A DNA stretch of 64,000 nucleotides from positions 1,536,001 to 1,600,000 of the forward strand of contig OY762428.1 in assembly GCA_963665665.1 (NCBI GenBank), written 5' to 3'. The notes under the pieces are model-generated. The model made no database searches and was not told the DNA's origin. It saw only the letters and a list, made by a program, of their open reading frames with translations. A program made the position numbers and the translations under genes. Origin of the DNA: Candidatus Kapaibacterium sp. Its GTDB lineage: Bacteria; Bacteroidota; Ignavibacteria; Kapaibacteriales; UBA2268. This document shows positions 39,169 through 49,445 of the stretch, in pieces; positions within the stretch are counted from its first letter, which is position 1; every line of letters starts with the position of its first letter.

Positions 39169-41226
39169 ATGAATTTACTCAGGTGGTTTTGTATGTTTTT
39201 TTATTTTTTTGCCCATACCCGTCACGTCTCTGATCTCACTTTTCTTAAGTTTTTACCTGTATTCCTATTAATAGTATATTCATCGCCATCCCTTGCAGAT
39301 GAATATGATTATGACGACCGCACGGAATCCCCTCGCTTTATAGTTAAGGGGAGCAAAAGCGGAAAATTTCCTCTTGTCCATACCGAAGCCGACGTACATA
39401 TTACCGGTGTAATAGCCGATGTTAAAGTAACCCAGGTATATGTAAATAACGGTAAGGAAACCGTTGAAGCGAAATATGTATTTCCGGGATCAACCAAATC
39501 TGCTGTTCATGCTATGACTATGTTCGTTGGAAAACGAAAAATTGAAGCTAAGATCAAGAAAAAGGAAGAAGCCCGCGAAGATTACGAAACGGCTAAGGCA
39601 GAAGGTAAAAGCGCTTCTCTGCTTGAACAGGAAAGGCCAAACGTTTTCAGTATGAACGTTGCAAATATCCGCCCCGGCGATACGATAAAAGTTGAATTGA
39701 AATACAACGAACTTATCAGCCCGGAAGAAGGAGTTTATGAGTTTGTATATCCAACCGTGGCCGGCCCGAGATATGAAGGTTCCGGAGGAACTGATAAAGA
39801 CCCCTGGGTTACGAACCCATACACTCATGAAGATACTCACAAATACATGTCCAATACTTACACATTTGATATAGATGTAGAATTGGAGGCCCCTCTGCCA
39901 ATCAGCGCCGCTCAATGCAGCTCTCACGAAGTAAATATTAATTACAAAAGCGAGAGAAATGCAATTATCGGACTTAAGAAAATGAAATCCAACGGAGGAG
40001 AGAAGGATTTTATTTTCAGGTACAGCCTCTCGGGAAATGAGCCTGAAACAGGACTAACAGCTTACAAAGGAAAGGACGGGAATTACTTCCTGTTCACTGT
40101 TCAACCGCCAAAAAGACTGGAAAAAGACAAAATTCCGCCAAGGGAGTATATATTTATCATGGATGTTTCAGGCTCCATGAGCGGTTTCCCGATTGAATTA
40201 TCAAAAAATATGATGAGGAAGCTCCTGTCAGGGCTAAAACCTCACGACAGGTTTAACCTTATGCTTTTTGCCGGATCATCCGAGATAATGGCCAATGAAT
40301 CCGTTGCAGCCACCAAAGCAAATATTGACAGGGCTATGGATATTATCGACGGGCAGAACGGAAGGGGAAGCACGGAAGTATTATCCGCCCTGGAAAAGGC
40401 GCTTAGTATGAAGAATACAAGGGACTATTCCCGCTCATTTATCATTCTTACGGACGGTTATGTTACTGTTGAAAAGGAATGTTTCGACCTGATCAGGGAT
40501 AATCTCGGAAATGCTAATTTCTTCTCAATCGGCATAGGAGAAAATGTTAACAGGTTTATTATTGAAGGTATGGCTCATGTGGGCAATACCGATCCTATAG
40601 TAGTTACAAGCGAGAGCAGGGCCAGGGAGGCATTCCTAAAATTTACAAAACTCGTGTCAGGCCCTGTTCTCACCAATATTGAGCTGGATTTCGGGGGCTT
40701 TGATGCTTACGACTTAAACCTCCAGAAAGTCCCCGATCTCTTCGCTGAAAAACCTGTAGTTATATTCGGAAAATGGAAAGGCCCGCTACAGGGCGAAATA
40801 AGGCTTAAAGGCCGCAGCGGCGACGGTATATTCAGGGCTGTTCACAGGGTTACGCCTAAAGATATGTCTGAGGAAAGTTCAGTTCTTAAATATCTCTGGG
40901 CCAGGGATAAAATCAGGATACTATCTGATTATAATAGTATTGATAATGATGACGACCTGGTTGAAGAGATAACTGATCTCGGACTAAAATACAACCTGCT
41001 AACCGATTATACATCATTTATAGCAGTTGACCATAAAAGGAAAAATTCAATAAATGATGATCTGGATATGTCCTTTAAAGCAACAGACAGTCAGAAACCT
41101 GTAAGCATTAGCAGCAAATATTCCGGTGGCAGTTCAGGCGCTGTGCCCGAACCGGAAGAATGGCTGCTGATAATAGCACTTTCACTAACTGCAATTTTTG
41201 TTGCATATCGTAAATTTTTTGCCTGA
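39169..41226 (+). CDS. VIT + von Willebrand A domain protein with PEP-CTERM-like sorting signal (XrtN substrate); true start may be downstream
   Basis: IADVKVTQ.Y.N, A.LLEQERPNVF.M.VANI, DVSGSM MIDAS, LTDG, C-terminal VPEPEEW + TM + RK. Confidence 0.88.
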   Translation: MNLLRWFCMFFYFFAHTRHVSDLTFLKFLPVFLLIVYSSPSLADEYDYDDRTESPRFIVKGSKSGKFPLVHTEADVHITGVIADVKVTQVYVNNGKETVEAKYVFPGSTKSAVHAMTMFVGKRKIEAKIKKKEEAREDYETAKAEGKSASLLEQERPNVFSMNVANIRPGDTIKVELKYNELISPEEGVYEFVYPTVAGPRYEGSGGTDKDPWVTNPYTHEDTHKYMSNTYTFDIDVELEAPLPISAAQCSSHEVNINYKSERNAIIGLKKMKSNGGEKDFIFRYSLSGNEPETGLTAYKGKDGNYFLFTVQPPKRLEKDKIPPREYIFIMDVSGSMSGFPIELSKNMMRKLLSGLKPHDRFNLMLFAGSSEIMANESVAATKANIDRAMDIIDGQNGRGSTEVLSALEKALSMKNTRDYSRSFIILTDGYVTVEKECFDLIRDNLGNANFFSIGIGENVNRFIIEGMAHVGNTDPIVVTSESRAREAFLKFTKLVSGPVLTNIELDFGGFDAYDLNLQKVPDLFAEKPVVIFGKWKGPLQGEIRLKGRSGDGIFRAVHRVTPKDMSEESSVLKYLWARDKIRILSDYNSIDNDDDLVEEITDLGLKYNLLTDYTSFIAVDHKRKNSINDDLDMSFKATDSQKPVSISSKYSGGSSGAVPEPEEWLLIIALSLTAIFVAYRKFFA

Positions 41227-41244
41227 CGGTTAAACGCGGGCAAG

Positions 41245-41280
41245 CCTGCCGTATCCATAACCTGACCCGGGTACGGCAGG
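41245..41280 (+). other. GC-rich intercistronic hairpin without a strong U-tract
   Basis: CCTGCCGTATCC / GGGTACGGCAGG stem between the VIT gene and the exosortase. Confidence 0.5.
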
Positions 41281-41310
41281 AATTATTTTAAGATCATAAT
41301 TGCGTTTACA

Positions 41311-42645
41311 ATGAAATTCAACAAACAAATCATTATAACGATTTCCTTAGTTATGGCCGTAATAGCAGGCTTTTTTGCCGGGCCTTATTCCCCTTTCATA
41401 AGGGAATTTGGCATCAGCGAGGCAGGCCTTATATTCGTGCCGCTAATGCTGCTAATGAAAAAAAACGGGCAGAAATCAGCCAGGTTTCTTTTTCCGGCAG
41501 CATTATCCATTATTTTATATCTCATAATTTACCGGGCTTCGCTTCTTTATCTCGCTGTTTTCTACATTGTATTTTTCATTATTGAATATCGGCAGGGCCG
41601 GTTGAATAACGGGGCTTTTTTCATTCCTCTGGTTCTTGCCCCCTACACGGGATATTTCCTGAATGTTTTCGGATTTCCGGTCAGGATGGAGCTAACGGAA
41701 ATATCAGCACAGATTTTATCTTTTATAGGATATATTTCAAAAGCGGTAGGAAATATAATTTATATAAATAACCAGAGTTTTTCTGTCGATCCGGCATGTA
41801 TGGGGCTGAAAATGGTAGTAACAACATTCATTGCTGCACTTGTGTTTGCGGCCCTGCACGAGAAGAAAGGCAGAATATCCGGAACTTACCTCAATTATAT
41901 ATCGATTTTTACTGTCAGTTTTATCCTGGTAATAATTGCTAACATAGCGCGGATGATTTTTTTAATTATTTTCGAATCACCTGCCGGCAGCGCCTCGCAT
42001 GAAATTATCGGCATTGCCTGTCTTATATTGTTAACGTTTATCCCCCTGTATCTGATTATACCTCGCCTTCCTGCCTTTAATAATTTTGAATTTTTTTCAA
42101 TATTCAGGAAATTCAAAAGCATAAAATTATTCAGCAAGGACATTGTCCTGAACATCTCCGGTATTCTTCTTGTAATCAGTTCTTTATACCTCAATATTTC
42201 ATACAGGCCGGATAATTATTCTTCAAATATGGAAATATTCAAATGTATAAATATGCCGGGCTATGCCAAGTCACTTGAAAAATTTAATATTACTAAACTT
42301 GAAAATAAAGAATACACAATTTTCATAAAACCTGTTGAAAGCCTTTTTGCATCATATCACGACCCCATGGTATGCTGGAAAGCTTCGGGCTATTCAATAA
42401 GCAATGAGAAAGAAATGGAAATTGGCAACATGGTTGTTTATACGGCAATGCTTTCTCTTGGCAACACCCGCCTGCATACTGCCTGGTGGTTCGATAACGG
42501 TGAAAGCAGAACAATCAGCCAGTTTGAGTGGCGCTACGAAATGATTAAAGGCAGCGACAGGTTTAACCTTATAAACGTCACTGCCGGCTCCAGGAAAAAT
42601 CTAATGTCCGAACTCCTGAGAATATCAACAACAGAAATCCTCTGA
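41311..42645 (+). CDS. xrtN: Exosortase N
   Basis: Multi-TM with VDPACMG (Cys), NIAR (Arg), HE.IG (His); C-terminal H.P..CW..SGY domain; adjacent to a VIT-VPEP substrate. Confidence 0.82.
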   Translation: MKFNKQIIITISLVMAVIAGFFAGPYSPFIREFGISEAGLIFVPLMLLMKKNGQKSARFLFPAALSIILYLIIYRASLLYLAVFYIVFFIIEYRQGRLNNGAFFIPLVLAPYTGYFLNVFGFPVRMELTEISAQILSFIGYISKAVGNIIYINNQSFSVDPACMGLKMVVTTFIAALVFAALHEKKGRISGTYLNYISIFTVSFILVIIANIARMIFLIIFESPAGSASHEIIGIACLILLTFIPLYLIIPRLPAFNNFEFFSIFRKFKSIKLFSKDIVLNISGILLVISSLYLNISYRPDNYSSNMEIFKCINMPGYAKSLEKFNITKLENKEYTIFIKPVESLFASYHDPMVCWKASGYSISNEKEMEIGNMVVYTAMLSLGNTRLHTAWWFDNGESRTISQFEWRYEMIKGSDRFNLINVTAGSRKNLMSELLRISTTEIL

Positions 42646-42798
42646 TGATATTCCCGATTAAGATATTACAATATTTCAAAAGTCTGATCTACTAACTCTT
42701 TTTTTATACAAAAGAAAAAATATTTTCGTATTATCACCGCAGTAGAAGCGCTGATCCGGAAATAAGTCAAAAAAAATTCCAAAAAAATATTCCTTGAA

Positions 42799-42824
42799 TG
42801 TAACTTCTTGAAAAAATCTGTGTT
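42799..42824 (+). promoter_or_regulatory. Putative autoregulatory ECF promoter
   Basis: TGTAAC-N16-TGTT ending 11 bp before the sigma ATG, with upstream A-tracts. Confidence 0.45.
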
Positions 42825-42835
42825 ATTATTGCAGG

Positions 42836-43402
42836 ATGACAAAGAAATTGGAAGAAAATAGTGATATTGAGCTTTATAATCTTCTTGATTCAGAAAAGAA
42901 AACTTCGGACAGAGCATTCGCAGAATTGTATAACAGATTGTCTCCAAGAGTATATGCATACTGCCGTCGGTTTTTAGGAAATAAGGAAGAAGCTCAGGAC
43001 GTGTTCCAGGAAGTATTTGTCAGGTTCTTTAACAGTACGAAACAAAAAAGGGAAATGACCAACGTCCCCGCCTTTATCCTCAGAATTGCACGAAACCTTT
43101 GTGTTAATGCAAAAAGAAACGAGAGGGTAAACATAAGTTACGAAGACTACATGTATATTCATGACGACGACAGGGACGAAAAGGATGAACTCCTTAACCT
43201 TATTAAAAAGGCCATCGACCTTCTGCCCGAAGATTATCGGGAAGTTTTTATCCTTCGGGAATATGACGGCATGACTTATAACGACATTGCCGAAATAACC
43301 GGGGAATCGCTTTCGAATGTGAAAGTAAGAATTTACAGGGCAAAGCAGAAAATCAGAGAAATTCTGCAACCCTACATGAAAGAAATGGAAAAATATAATT
43401 AA
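42836..43402 (+). CDS. ECF sigma-70 factor
   Basis: AFAELYNR, AQDVFQEVF, IARN, REVFILRE, VKVRIYRAKQK. Confidence 0.94.
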   Translation: MTKKLEENSDIELYNLLDSEKKTSDRAFAELYNRLSPRVYAYCRRFLGNKEEAQDVFQEVFVRFFNSTKQKREMTNVPAFILRIARNLCVNAKRNERVNISYEDYMYIHDDDRDEKDELLNLIKKAIDLLPEDYREVFILREYDGMTYNDIAEITGESLSNVKVRIYRAKQKIREILQPYMKEMEKYN

Positions 43403-43426
43403 CAAATATAGTTTTTTGGTGTCGAA

Positions 43427-44638
43427 ATGAACAAAATGAATGGAAATACGCCTTCCGAGTACCTGAACCAGCTCCTTGACGGGGAACTTCCCGAGGGAAG
43501 CGGCGAAGATATGTACTCCTTCCTGGCTAATGACGAAGGCCTGAAGCAGGAGATGAAAGAACTCCTTGCTATAAGGGAATCGGTCAGGAAAGATACCGAG
43601 GCGTTTACCCCGCCATTAGAAGCAACCCGGGGTGTTTTCAATAAATTGGGAATAAATCCCGAAGCTGCAACCCTTGCGCCTGCCGGAAAGTCGGCGCTTA
43701 CATCCGGGGCTGTCGGCCTGTTGAAAAAAATCTGGGTTCCTGCAGCAGCGGCTATCGTTGCTACAGTCGTAACAACATTCGTTGTTTCCAACATATATGA
43801 TAATAATCAGCCTGCCACTGTTAGCGAAAATAATATTCCGGTTATCAGCTCGGTTGAAAATAATAATGCTCCTGTTACATCCGATATTATTGAGGATTCA
43901 AAGAAAACCGATACCCGTCTTATTGCAAAAGATGAAGATACCCGAATAACAGGCAACGGCATTGTATCAGCTAAAAATAATATTACAAACGAACCTGCTA
44001 ACCTGGCTTCTGTTAGCAGTAATGAAATTTCCGCGATGAACAAAATTTACGCGCCGGAAATCATCATTAATAAATCCGACAGAAGAGAAGTTCAGCCTGT
44101 TTCCTTAACAAGGAATAACAATAGCGGACTTATAACTCCGGCAAATATTGAATTCAGCAGCCTGATGGAACAACTTAAAATCCATGATAAGAGCTATTCA
44201 ATTGCAGCAGGAGGGCTGCAGGGCCTGAACAATTCCTTCAGCGGTTGGAATCTCGGAGTATTCATTCATACAAACGAATTCGTTTCGCTCGGTGTAAAAT
44301 TCGGAAAGGAACCATTCAACAGGCTTATTTCCGAAGATATTGACGGCGTTGAAGTCCTTACCGGTAAAGATATAAACATGACCTGGCTTGCCATAGCCGG
44401 ACGCTTTTATAATCAGGACTGGAATCTGCTTGGCGTAACACCATTCGCCCAGGTAGAAGCCGGCGGCTCTACAGAAGGACTTATTGGCCGTGGCGTACTC
44501 GGGCTTCAGTACTCTGTCCTGGACAGAATCACACTGTCCGCGGGTTATGAATCAAGCCTGCTGTATTATCAGCATCAGGGTTCCAGAACAGCAAACAAAG
44601 AAGGCTTGTCCTTCGGAATATCGTATAACCTTAAATAA
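43427..44638 (+). CDS. Putative anti-sigma factor with C-terminal outer-membrane beta-barrel-like domain
   Basis: Follows ECF sigma; LLDGEL N-terminus, TM near residues 102-120, N/S-rich linker, strands ending LSFGISYNLK; similar to 25993-27219. Confidence 0.65.
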   Translation: MNKMNGNTPSEYLNQLLDGELPEGSGEDMYSFLANDEGLKQEMKELLAIRESVRKDTEAFTPPLEATRGVFNKLGINPEAATLAPAGKSALTSGAVGLLKKIWVPAAAAIVATVVTTFVVSNIYDNNQPATVSENNIPVISSVENNNAPVTSDIIEDSKKTDTRLIAKDEDTRITGNGIVSAKNNITNEPANLASVSSNEISAMNKIYAPEIIINKSDRREVQPVSLTRNNNSGLITPANIEFSSLMEQLKIHDKSYSIAAGGLQGLNNSFSGWNLGVFIHTNEFVSLGVKFGKEPFNRLISEDIDGVEVLTGKDINMTWLAIAGRFYNQDWNLLGVTPFAQVEAGGSTEGLIGRGVLGLQYSVLDRITLSAGYESSLLYYQHQGSRTANKEGLSFGISYNLK

Positions 44639-44665
44639 CCCGTCAGGAAATTATCCTAATATTCG

Positions 44666-44701
44666 ATGTCCTGCATCTTCCCCGGTGCAGGACATTTTTT
44701 T
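44666..44701 (+). terminator. Intrinsic terminator of ECF operon 2
   Basis: ATGTCCTGCA...TGCAGGACAT stem followed by a T-run. Confidence 0.8.
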
Positions 44702-44745
44702 CGCTAATTCAATAGTTTCAGAACATGTATATGCTACTGCAAAAA

Positions 44746-46020
44746 TCATTTGAGATAGAAATTAGCATCTCCATAAGACAGAAAGCGGTAATTCTGCTGC
44801 AAAGCTTCATCGTAAATCCGTTTCCATAAAGCCCTGCCGAGAAATGCCGCCACAAGTAAAATGAGCGTGGAGCCGGGCAGGTGGAAGTTTGTTATCATTC
44901 CGTCAATGATTTTAAAATCGTATCCCGGCATGATAAATAATGACGTGTATCCGCTAATTACTTCTGTTTGTTGATTATCACACCAGCTGATTATTGCGTC
45001 AAGCGATTCCCTAAGGCCGGGAAGGCTGCCTTCTGCCATAGAGTTATAAGGTTCCCACTGTGTAAGCTCCAGCTGTTGATATTCTTTATCGCCTTTTATC
45101 AGTTTAAGCCCGAACCAGTATAGAGATTCGAGCGTTCTGACGGATGTTGTTCCGGTAGCCACGATTTTATTTCCGGATTCCCTGGTGGAAATAATTTCTC
45201 TGATAAGAGCTTTATCAACGAAAACCTGTTCCGTATGCATTTCATGACCGCTTATATCGTCGGCATCGACAGGCTTGAAAGTTCCCGGCCCAACATGCAG
45301 AATAAGTTCCCGTTTATTTATTCCCTTTTTATTGAGCTTTTCCAGGATATCGTTTGTGAAGTGCAGGCCGGCAGTTGGCGCCGCCACCGATCCGTCGGTA
45401 TTTGCGTAAACGGTCTGGTAGCGGTCTTTGTCATTTTCCTCGGCTTTTCGTTTTATGTATGGCGGAAGGGGTATCTTTCCAATTTTTTCCAGTACTTCGG
45501 CAAAGGAAATTGACTTGTCAGCCCATGAGAATTTTACCAGTGCCTCGTTTTTATCCTTAGTGGTAATTTCGGCAGAAAATTGAATTGAACTGTCCGGGTA
45601 TTCTGGAAGCAGCTTCATTCCGTCGCAAATCTTTCTGCCGCCAATAATACAATTCCAGGAGCATTCCCCCTTTGCCTGCATGGTTATCTGCGGATCGGCT
45701 GAAGGAAAAACCGGGTCTACACAAAGGATTTCCGCTTTGCCGCCGGTTGGTTTCTGCGCTTTAATTCTTGCGCTGATAACTTTTGTGGAATTAACCACGA
45801 GCAGGGAGTTTTCAGGTATAAGCGAGCTAATATCCGAGAATTTCCCGTGCCCGATATTACCTTTAGCCACATCAGAAAATATAAGCCGGCTTTCGTCTCT
45901 TTTTCCGCTTGGATAGTATGCTATTCTTTCCTGGGGCAGCTTGTAGTGGTAATCTTTTAAATTTATATCTGGTACATTTCCAATGTTGATCATTTTTTCC
46001 TGTAGTTTATTCACATTCAT
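44746..46020 (-). CDS. queA: S-adenosylmethionine:tRNA ribosyltransferase-isomerase
   Basis: Y.LP.ERIA, PLPPYI.R, YQTVYA, GSVAAPTAGLHF, LHVG.GTF, GTT.VR.LES, TNFHLP.ST, YRFLSYGD. Confidence 0.96.
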   Translation of the reverse strand: MNVNKLQEKMINIGNVPDINLKDYHYKLPQERIAYYPSGKRDESRLIFSDVAKGNIGHGKFSDISSLIPENSLLVVNSTKVISARIKAQKPTGGKAEILCVDPVFPSADPQITMQAKGECSWNCIIGGRKICDGMKLLPEYPDSSIQFSAEITTKDKNEALVKFSWADKSISFAEVLEKIGKIPLPPYIKRKAEENDKDRYQTVYANTDGSVAAPTAGLHFTNDILEKLNKKGINKRELILHVGPGTFKPVDADDISGHEMHTEQVFVDKALIREIISTRESGNKIVATGTTSVRTLESLYWFGLKLIKGDKEYQQLELTQWEPYNSMAEGSLPGLRESLDAIISWCDNQQTEVISGYTSLFIMPGYDFKIIDGMITNFHLPGSTLILLVAAFLGRALWKRIYDEALQQNYRFLSYGDANFYLK

Positions 46021-46287
46021 CCGGATACTTTTTGTAAAATCGTCATAAATCCAAATATAAAAATAGCTTAGAATAGCATATTTTTCAAATTATTTATTCT
46101 TCCGTGAAATTTTATTACTGATTCTATCTGAAACTTTCCAAAAATTGGAAAATTATAATTGCCTGATATATTCTCACTCAACCCCAAAAAATCAATCTTC
46201 CGGATGAGAAAAATAAACATAATTATCTAATAAAATATCAAATCACTCCGTAGTAAACTCCTGCACCGCTTGCAATCTCTAAAACAA

Positions 46288-47457
46288 TCAGGATTCAATT
46301 ATTCGTGGAAGGATAACGCGAAAAATTGTACCTGTATCCTTGTCAGAGTCAAACTCCACTTTGCCTTTAAAATATCCTTCGGTAAACAATTTTACGCTAT
46401 AAGTTCCAAGGCCTCTGCCAACTCCTTTTGTTGAAAATGATCGCTGAAAAATCTGTTTCTTAGTCTCTTTGGACATTACTGACGGATTGTGAACTTCGAA
46501 AACTGCCATATCATCTATAATACTGGAAGATATTTTAACAATGTCTTTTTTATTCGAGGCTTCAAGTGCATTCTTGATCAGATTGGTCAAAACTCTTGAA
46601 AGTAATAAAGGATCAGTTTCAAAATTAAAGTTCTCTGAAGAGCTATCTATCACGACGTATTGATTAGCATAAGTTTCATAAGATTTGAAATCATTTTTCA
46701 GATTATCCAGTAAAGAGAAAGAATCTATACGGCATGGAGATATTTCCAATTCATTATTTTCCGCCTGGTTGAATGATTTTTGGAAATTTATATCACTGAT
46801 CAACTCCTTAGTACCTCTTTTGATAATATCAACAATTTCCCGTGCATCATTTGCATCCTCTATATCCAATATGTTTATCAACCCGTTAATTGAGCCGGCT
46901 TTGTTCATAATATCATGGAAGAATAATCGCTCGAAATATTCCTTTCTCTTAGAACTACTGATATCCTTCATTGTAACGATATAATAGTTATTTTCTTTCC
47001 ATTCAAAAGGTTTTGAAGTTATCTCAAAATCATTGCCAATCACAGAATCACCGTTTTCAGTCAATATTCTGGCTTCCTTTGTTATCATCAGTCCGGTTTT
47101 CTGGCTTTCGAGTACGGACCTTACAGCCCCGCAAAATGAGCAATGCTCACTTGTACCGCAGCCCCCCTGCTCTTTATTAGAATGAATACAACGAAAAATT
47201 TCACCGGGACGCAACCCCAGTACATCTTCTTTTCCTTCGTACCCCAATGCTTTTATTAGAAGTTGATTGCTATAAACAATTTGCCTTTTTTCATTCAGCA
47301 AAAGAAACAGAACAGGTATCTGTGAAAATATTTCAATAAAAAAACCGGAATCCGATATCGACAGATACTGCTCTTTTATAATATCCTGACTAAGCCGCTC
47401 TGCAGGTGCAAATTTCGTTTCCTGAATATTTATATCATAATTTCTCATAATGTTCAT
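46288..47457 (-). CDS. Cytoplasmic PAS-like sensor histidine kinase with four-Cys motif
   Basis: FFHD..N H-box, NLIKNALEA, FSTKG.GRGLG; RPGE.FRC..S....GCGTS..C..CG. Confidence 0.88.
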   Translation of the reverse strand: MNIMRNYDINIQETKFAPAERLSQDIIKEQYLSISDSGFFIEIFSQIPVLFLLLNEKRQIVYSNQLLIKALGYEGKEDVLGLRPGEIFRCIHSNKEQGGCGTSEHCSFCGAVRSVLESQKTGLMITKEARILTENGDSVIGNDFEITSKPFEWKENNYYIVTMKDISSSKRKEYFERLFFHDIMNKAGSINGLINILDIEDANDAREIVDIIKRGTKELISDINFQKSFNQAENNELEISPCRIDSFSLLDNLKNDFKSYETYANQYVVIDSSSENFNFETDPLLLSRVLTNLIKNALEASNKKDIVKISSSIIDDMAVFEVHNPSVMSKETKKQIFQRSFSTKGVGRGLGTYSVKLFTEGYFKGKVEFDSDKDTGTIFRVILPRIIES

Positions 47458-47498
47458 CCCAATTTAAATGAATATATGTGTGAAAAGTAAAAAAACAA

Positions 47499-49445
47499 CT
47501 ACAATAAGTTAAGTTTAACCCCGCCGATTATCCATCTGCCCGGAGCCCGGATAATATCAATATCCCGATAACTGCTATTGAAAAGATTATCCGCCTGAAG
47601 GAATATACTGAAAAATCCAAAATCTCTTCTTACTTTTAGCCCGCAAAGAAAAGTATTATCAAATTCCCTGACCTCATTTGAAAATGGATCAAAATATTTT
47701 CCGGCTCTTTTGCGGTAGTTTAATACCCAATGAACACCAATATTGAAAATCAGATCATGTTCAACTGATATTACCAGTTTATCCTTAAGATAGTTCATTT
47801 CATATTTGGAATATAATTCTTCGGATTCCTTGTCCCGGTATAATTTATTATACCCAACTGTTACTGAACTGACAGGAAAAGACTCTCCAAGAATCCTGTC
47901 AGGCCTGATAGACAAAGATGCCCTGAACCCATAGGTATTTAATTTAGTAATATTCTTTGTTTGCCATTTTACCGAGTCGAATTCTCTCACCCAATCAATA
48001 ATATTATCTCCCTTACGGTAATATAAAGATGATTCAAGGCTATAAATGTTTTTGGCAATTTTCCAGCCCAGTTCGCCTGCGAAAGCCTTTTCAGGTTCAA
48101 GATCCGGGTTGCCGATATTTGTCGGGCCGTTATAATACAGATCTGTAAAAGTTGGGAGCCTTACCGACTGATTTACACCTGCAAAAAGCGAGGAATATTT
48201 ATTTAGTTTGTAGGAGAGTTCCAGTCCCGAGCAAAAACTGTTTTCAAATTCGGAATCGATATTCATGTTCATTCCGCCTGTAATAGTCCAGTCCGATATA
48301 ATAATAAGATGCTCCAGGAAAACTGAAAAGTTCAATCGGTCTGCTGCTTTGGTAAAGTATGCATTTTCTTCTCCGCTTACTTTTACGGGTTCACTCAGGC
48401 TCTCGCCCAAAACATTGCTGTAAACATGTTCATACCTGTATTCCATACCAAGGGAACTCGTACCGAAAAGCCAGTTGAAATCGCTGCGAACATTAGCGCC
48501 GATAATATCTGTTTGATGATAGTTATGCCCGCTATACCATTCAGGAGCATCATTCCTGAAAAGTTCAAACTTATCATTGTTTCTTCTCCAGTAAAATGCC
48601 GGAAGAACAGTTAAACCGAAAACATCTGCCCTGGCATCTATTGATGCAAAAAAAGTAGATAATTTTTCGTACTGCTCAGGATAATCAGCAGTATAGAATG
48701 AGTTTGCACCGAAGCCCTTATCCATATATCCAAACTGTCCGTTTATTTCATTGCTTCCTTTTTTTAAAGTTGAGCGGAAGAAAAAATCTTTCTGGCGGAA
48801 ATCAGTATTATCAATATATCCGTCCGATTTTTTTAACGATGCCGAAGCATAAGAACCCCAATAAATATTATCTCCAATATCCTTGTACCAGGAAGCAGCC
48901 AAACCCATATCGTAAAAGCCATTTTCCCCTCCGCTAAGGTTCAGGCTTGCTCGTTTTTCGAGTTTATTTCCGCTCAGGATATTAACAGCCCCGCTGAAAG
49001 CATTAGGTCCGAAAATCCTTGAACCGGGTCCTTCAAGAACTTCAATGCCGGTTATTTCGCTTAATGTGATTGGCAGGTTCATGCTGTGGTGTCCTGTCTG
49101 AGGATCATTCAGTGGTATGCCGTTTATCATAACAAGGGCCTGATCGAATGAACCGCCCCTGATACTTAGATCTGATTGTATTCCCAATGGGCCCCGGGAA
49201 CGTACATCCACCGATGGCAGTATATTCAGGACTTCATCCACACAACTGACGGGGGTGTGTTTTATCATAGTTATATCAATAATATTTACTATCCTTGAAA
49301 CATCAGAATAAACTTTTGGTATTCTTGAAGCACTCACAATTATTTCATCGGTCCTGACAGAATCAGCTGCATTCAATTGGAAAGTTATAAAAGTTATCAG
49401 CAGAATCATTAAGTAATTTTTCATCATCAAATCCGTTTTTGTCAT
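47499..49445 (-). CDS. TonB-dependent receptor (BtuB-like size)
   Basis: DEIIVSASR TonB box, SIRGG...Q....ING..LND, IEVLEG, GNPDLEPE, NLFN..Y, PGR. Confidence 0.9.
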   Translation of the reverse strand: MTKTDLMMKNYLMILLITFITFQLNAADSVRTDEIIVSASRIPKVYSDVSRIVNIIDITMIKHTPVSCVDEVLNILPSVDVRSRGPLGIQSDLSIRGGSFDQALVMINGIPLNDPQTGHHSMNLPITLSEITGIEVLEGPGSRIFGPNAFSGAVNILSGNKLEKRASLNLSGGENGFYDMGLAASWYKDIGDNIYWGSYASASLKKSDGYIDNTDFRQKDFFFRSTLKKGSNEINGQFGYMDKGFGANSFYTADYPEQYEKLSTFFASIDARADVFGLTVLPAFYWRRNNDKFELFRNDAPEWYSGHNYHQTDIIGANVRSDFNWLFGTSSLGMEYRYEHVYSNVLGESLSEPVKVSGEENAYFTKAADRLNFSVFLEHLIIISDWTITGGMNMNIDSEFENSFCSGLELSYKLNKYSSLFAGVNQSVRLPTFTDLYYNGPTNIGNPDLEPEKAFAGELGWKIAKNIYSLESSLYYRKGDNIIDWVREFDSVKWQTKNITKLNTYGFRASLSIRPDRILGESFPVSSVTVGYNKLYRDKESEELYSKYEMNYLKDKLVISVEHDLIFNIGVHWVLNYRKRAGKYFDPFSNEVREFDNTFLCGLKVRRDFGFFSIFLQADNLFNSSYRDIDIIRAPGRWIIGGVKLNLL

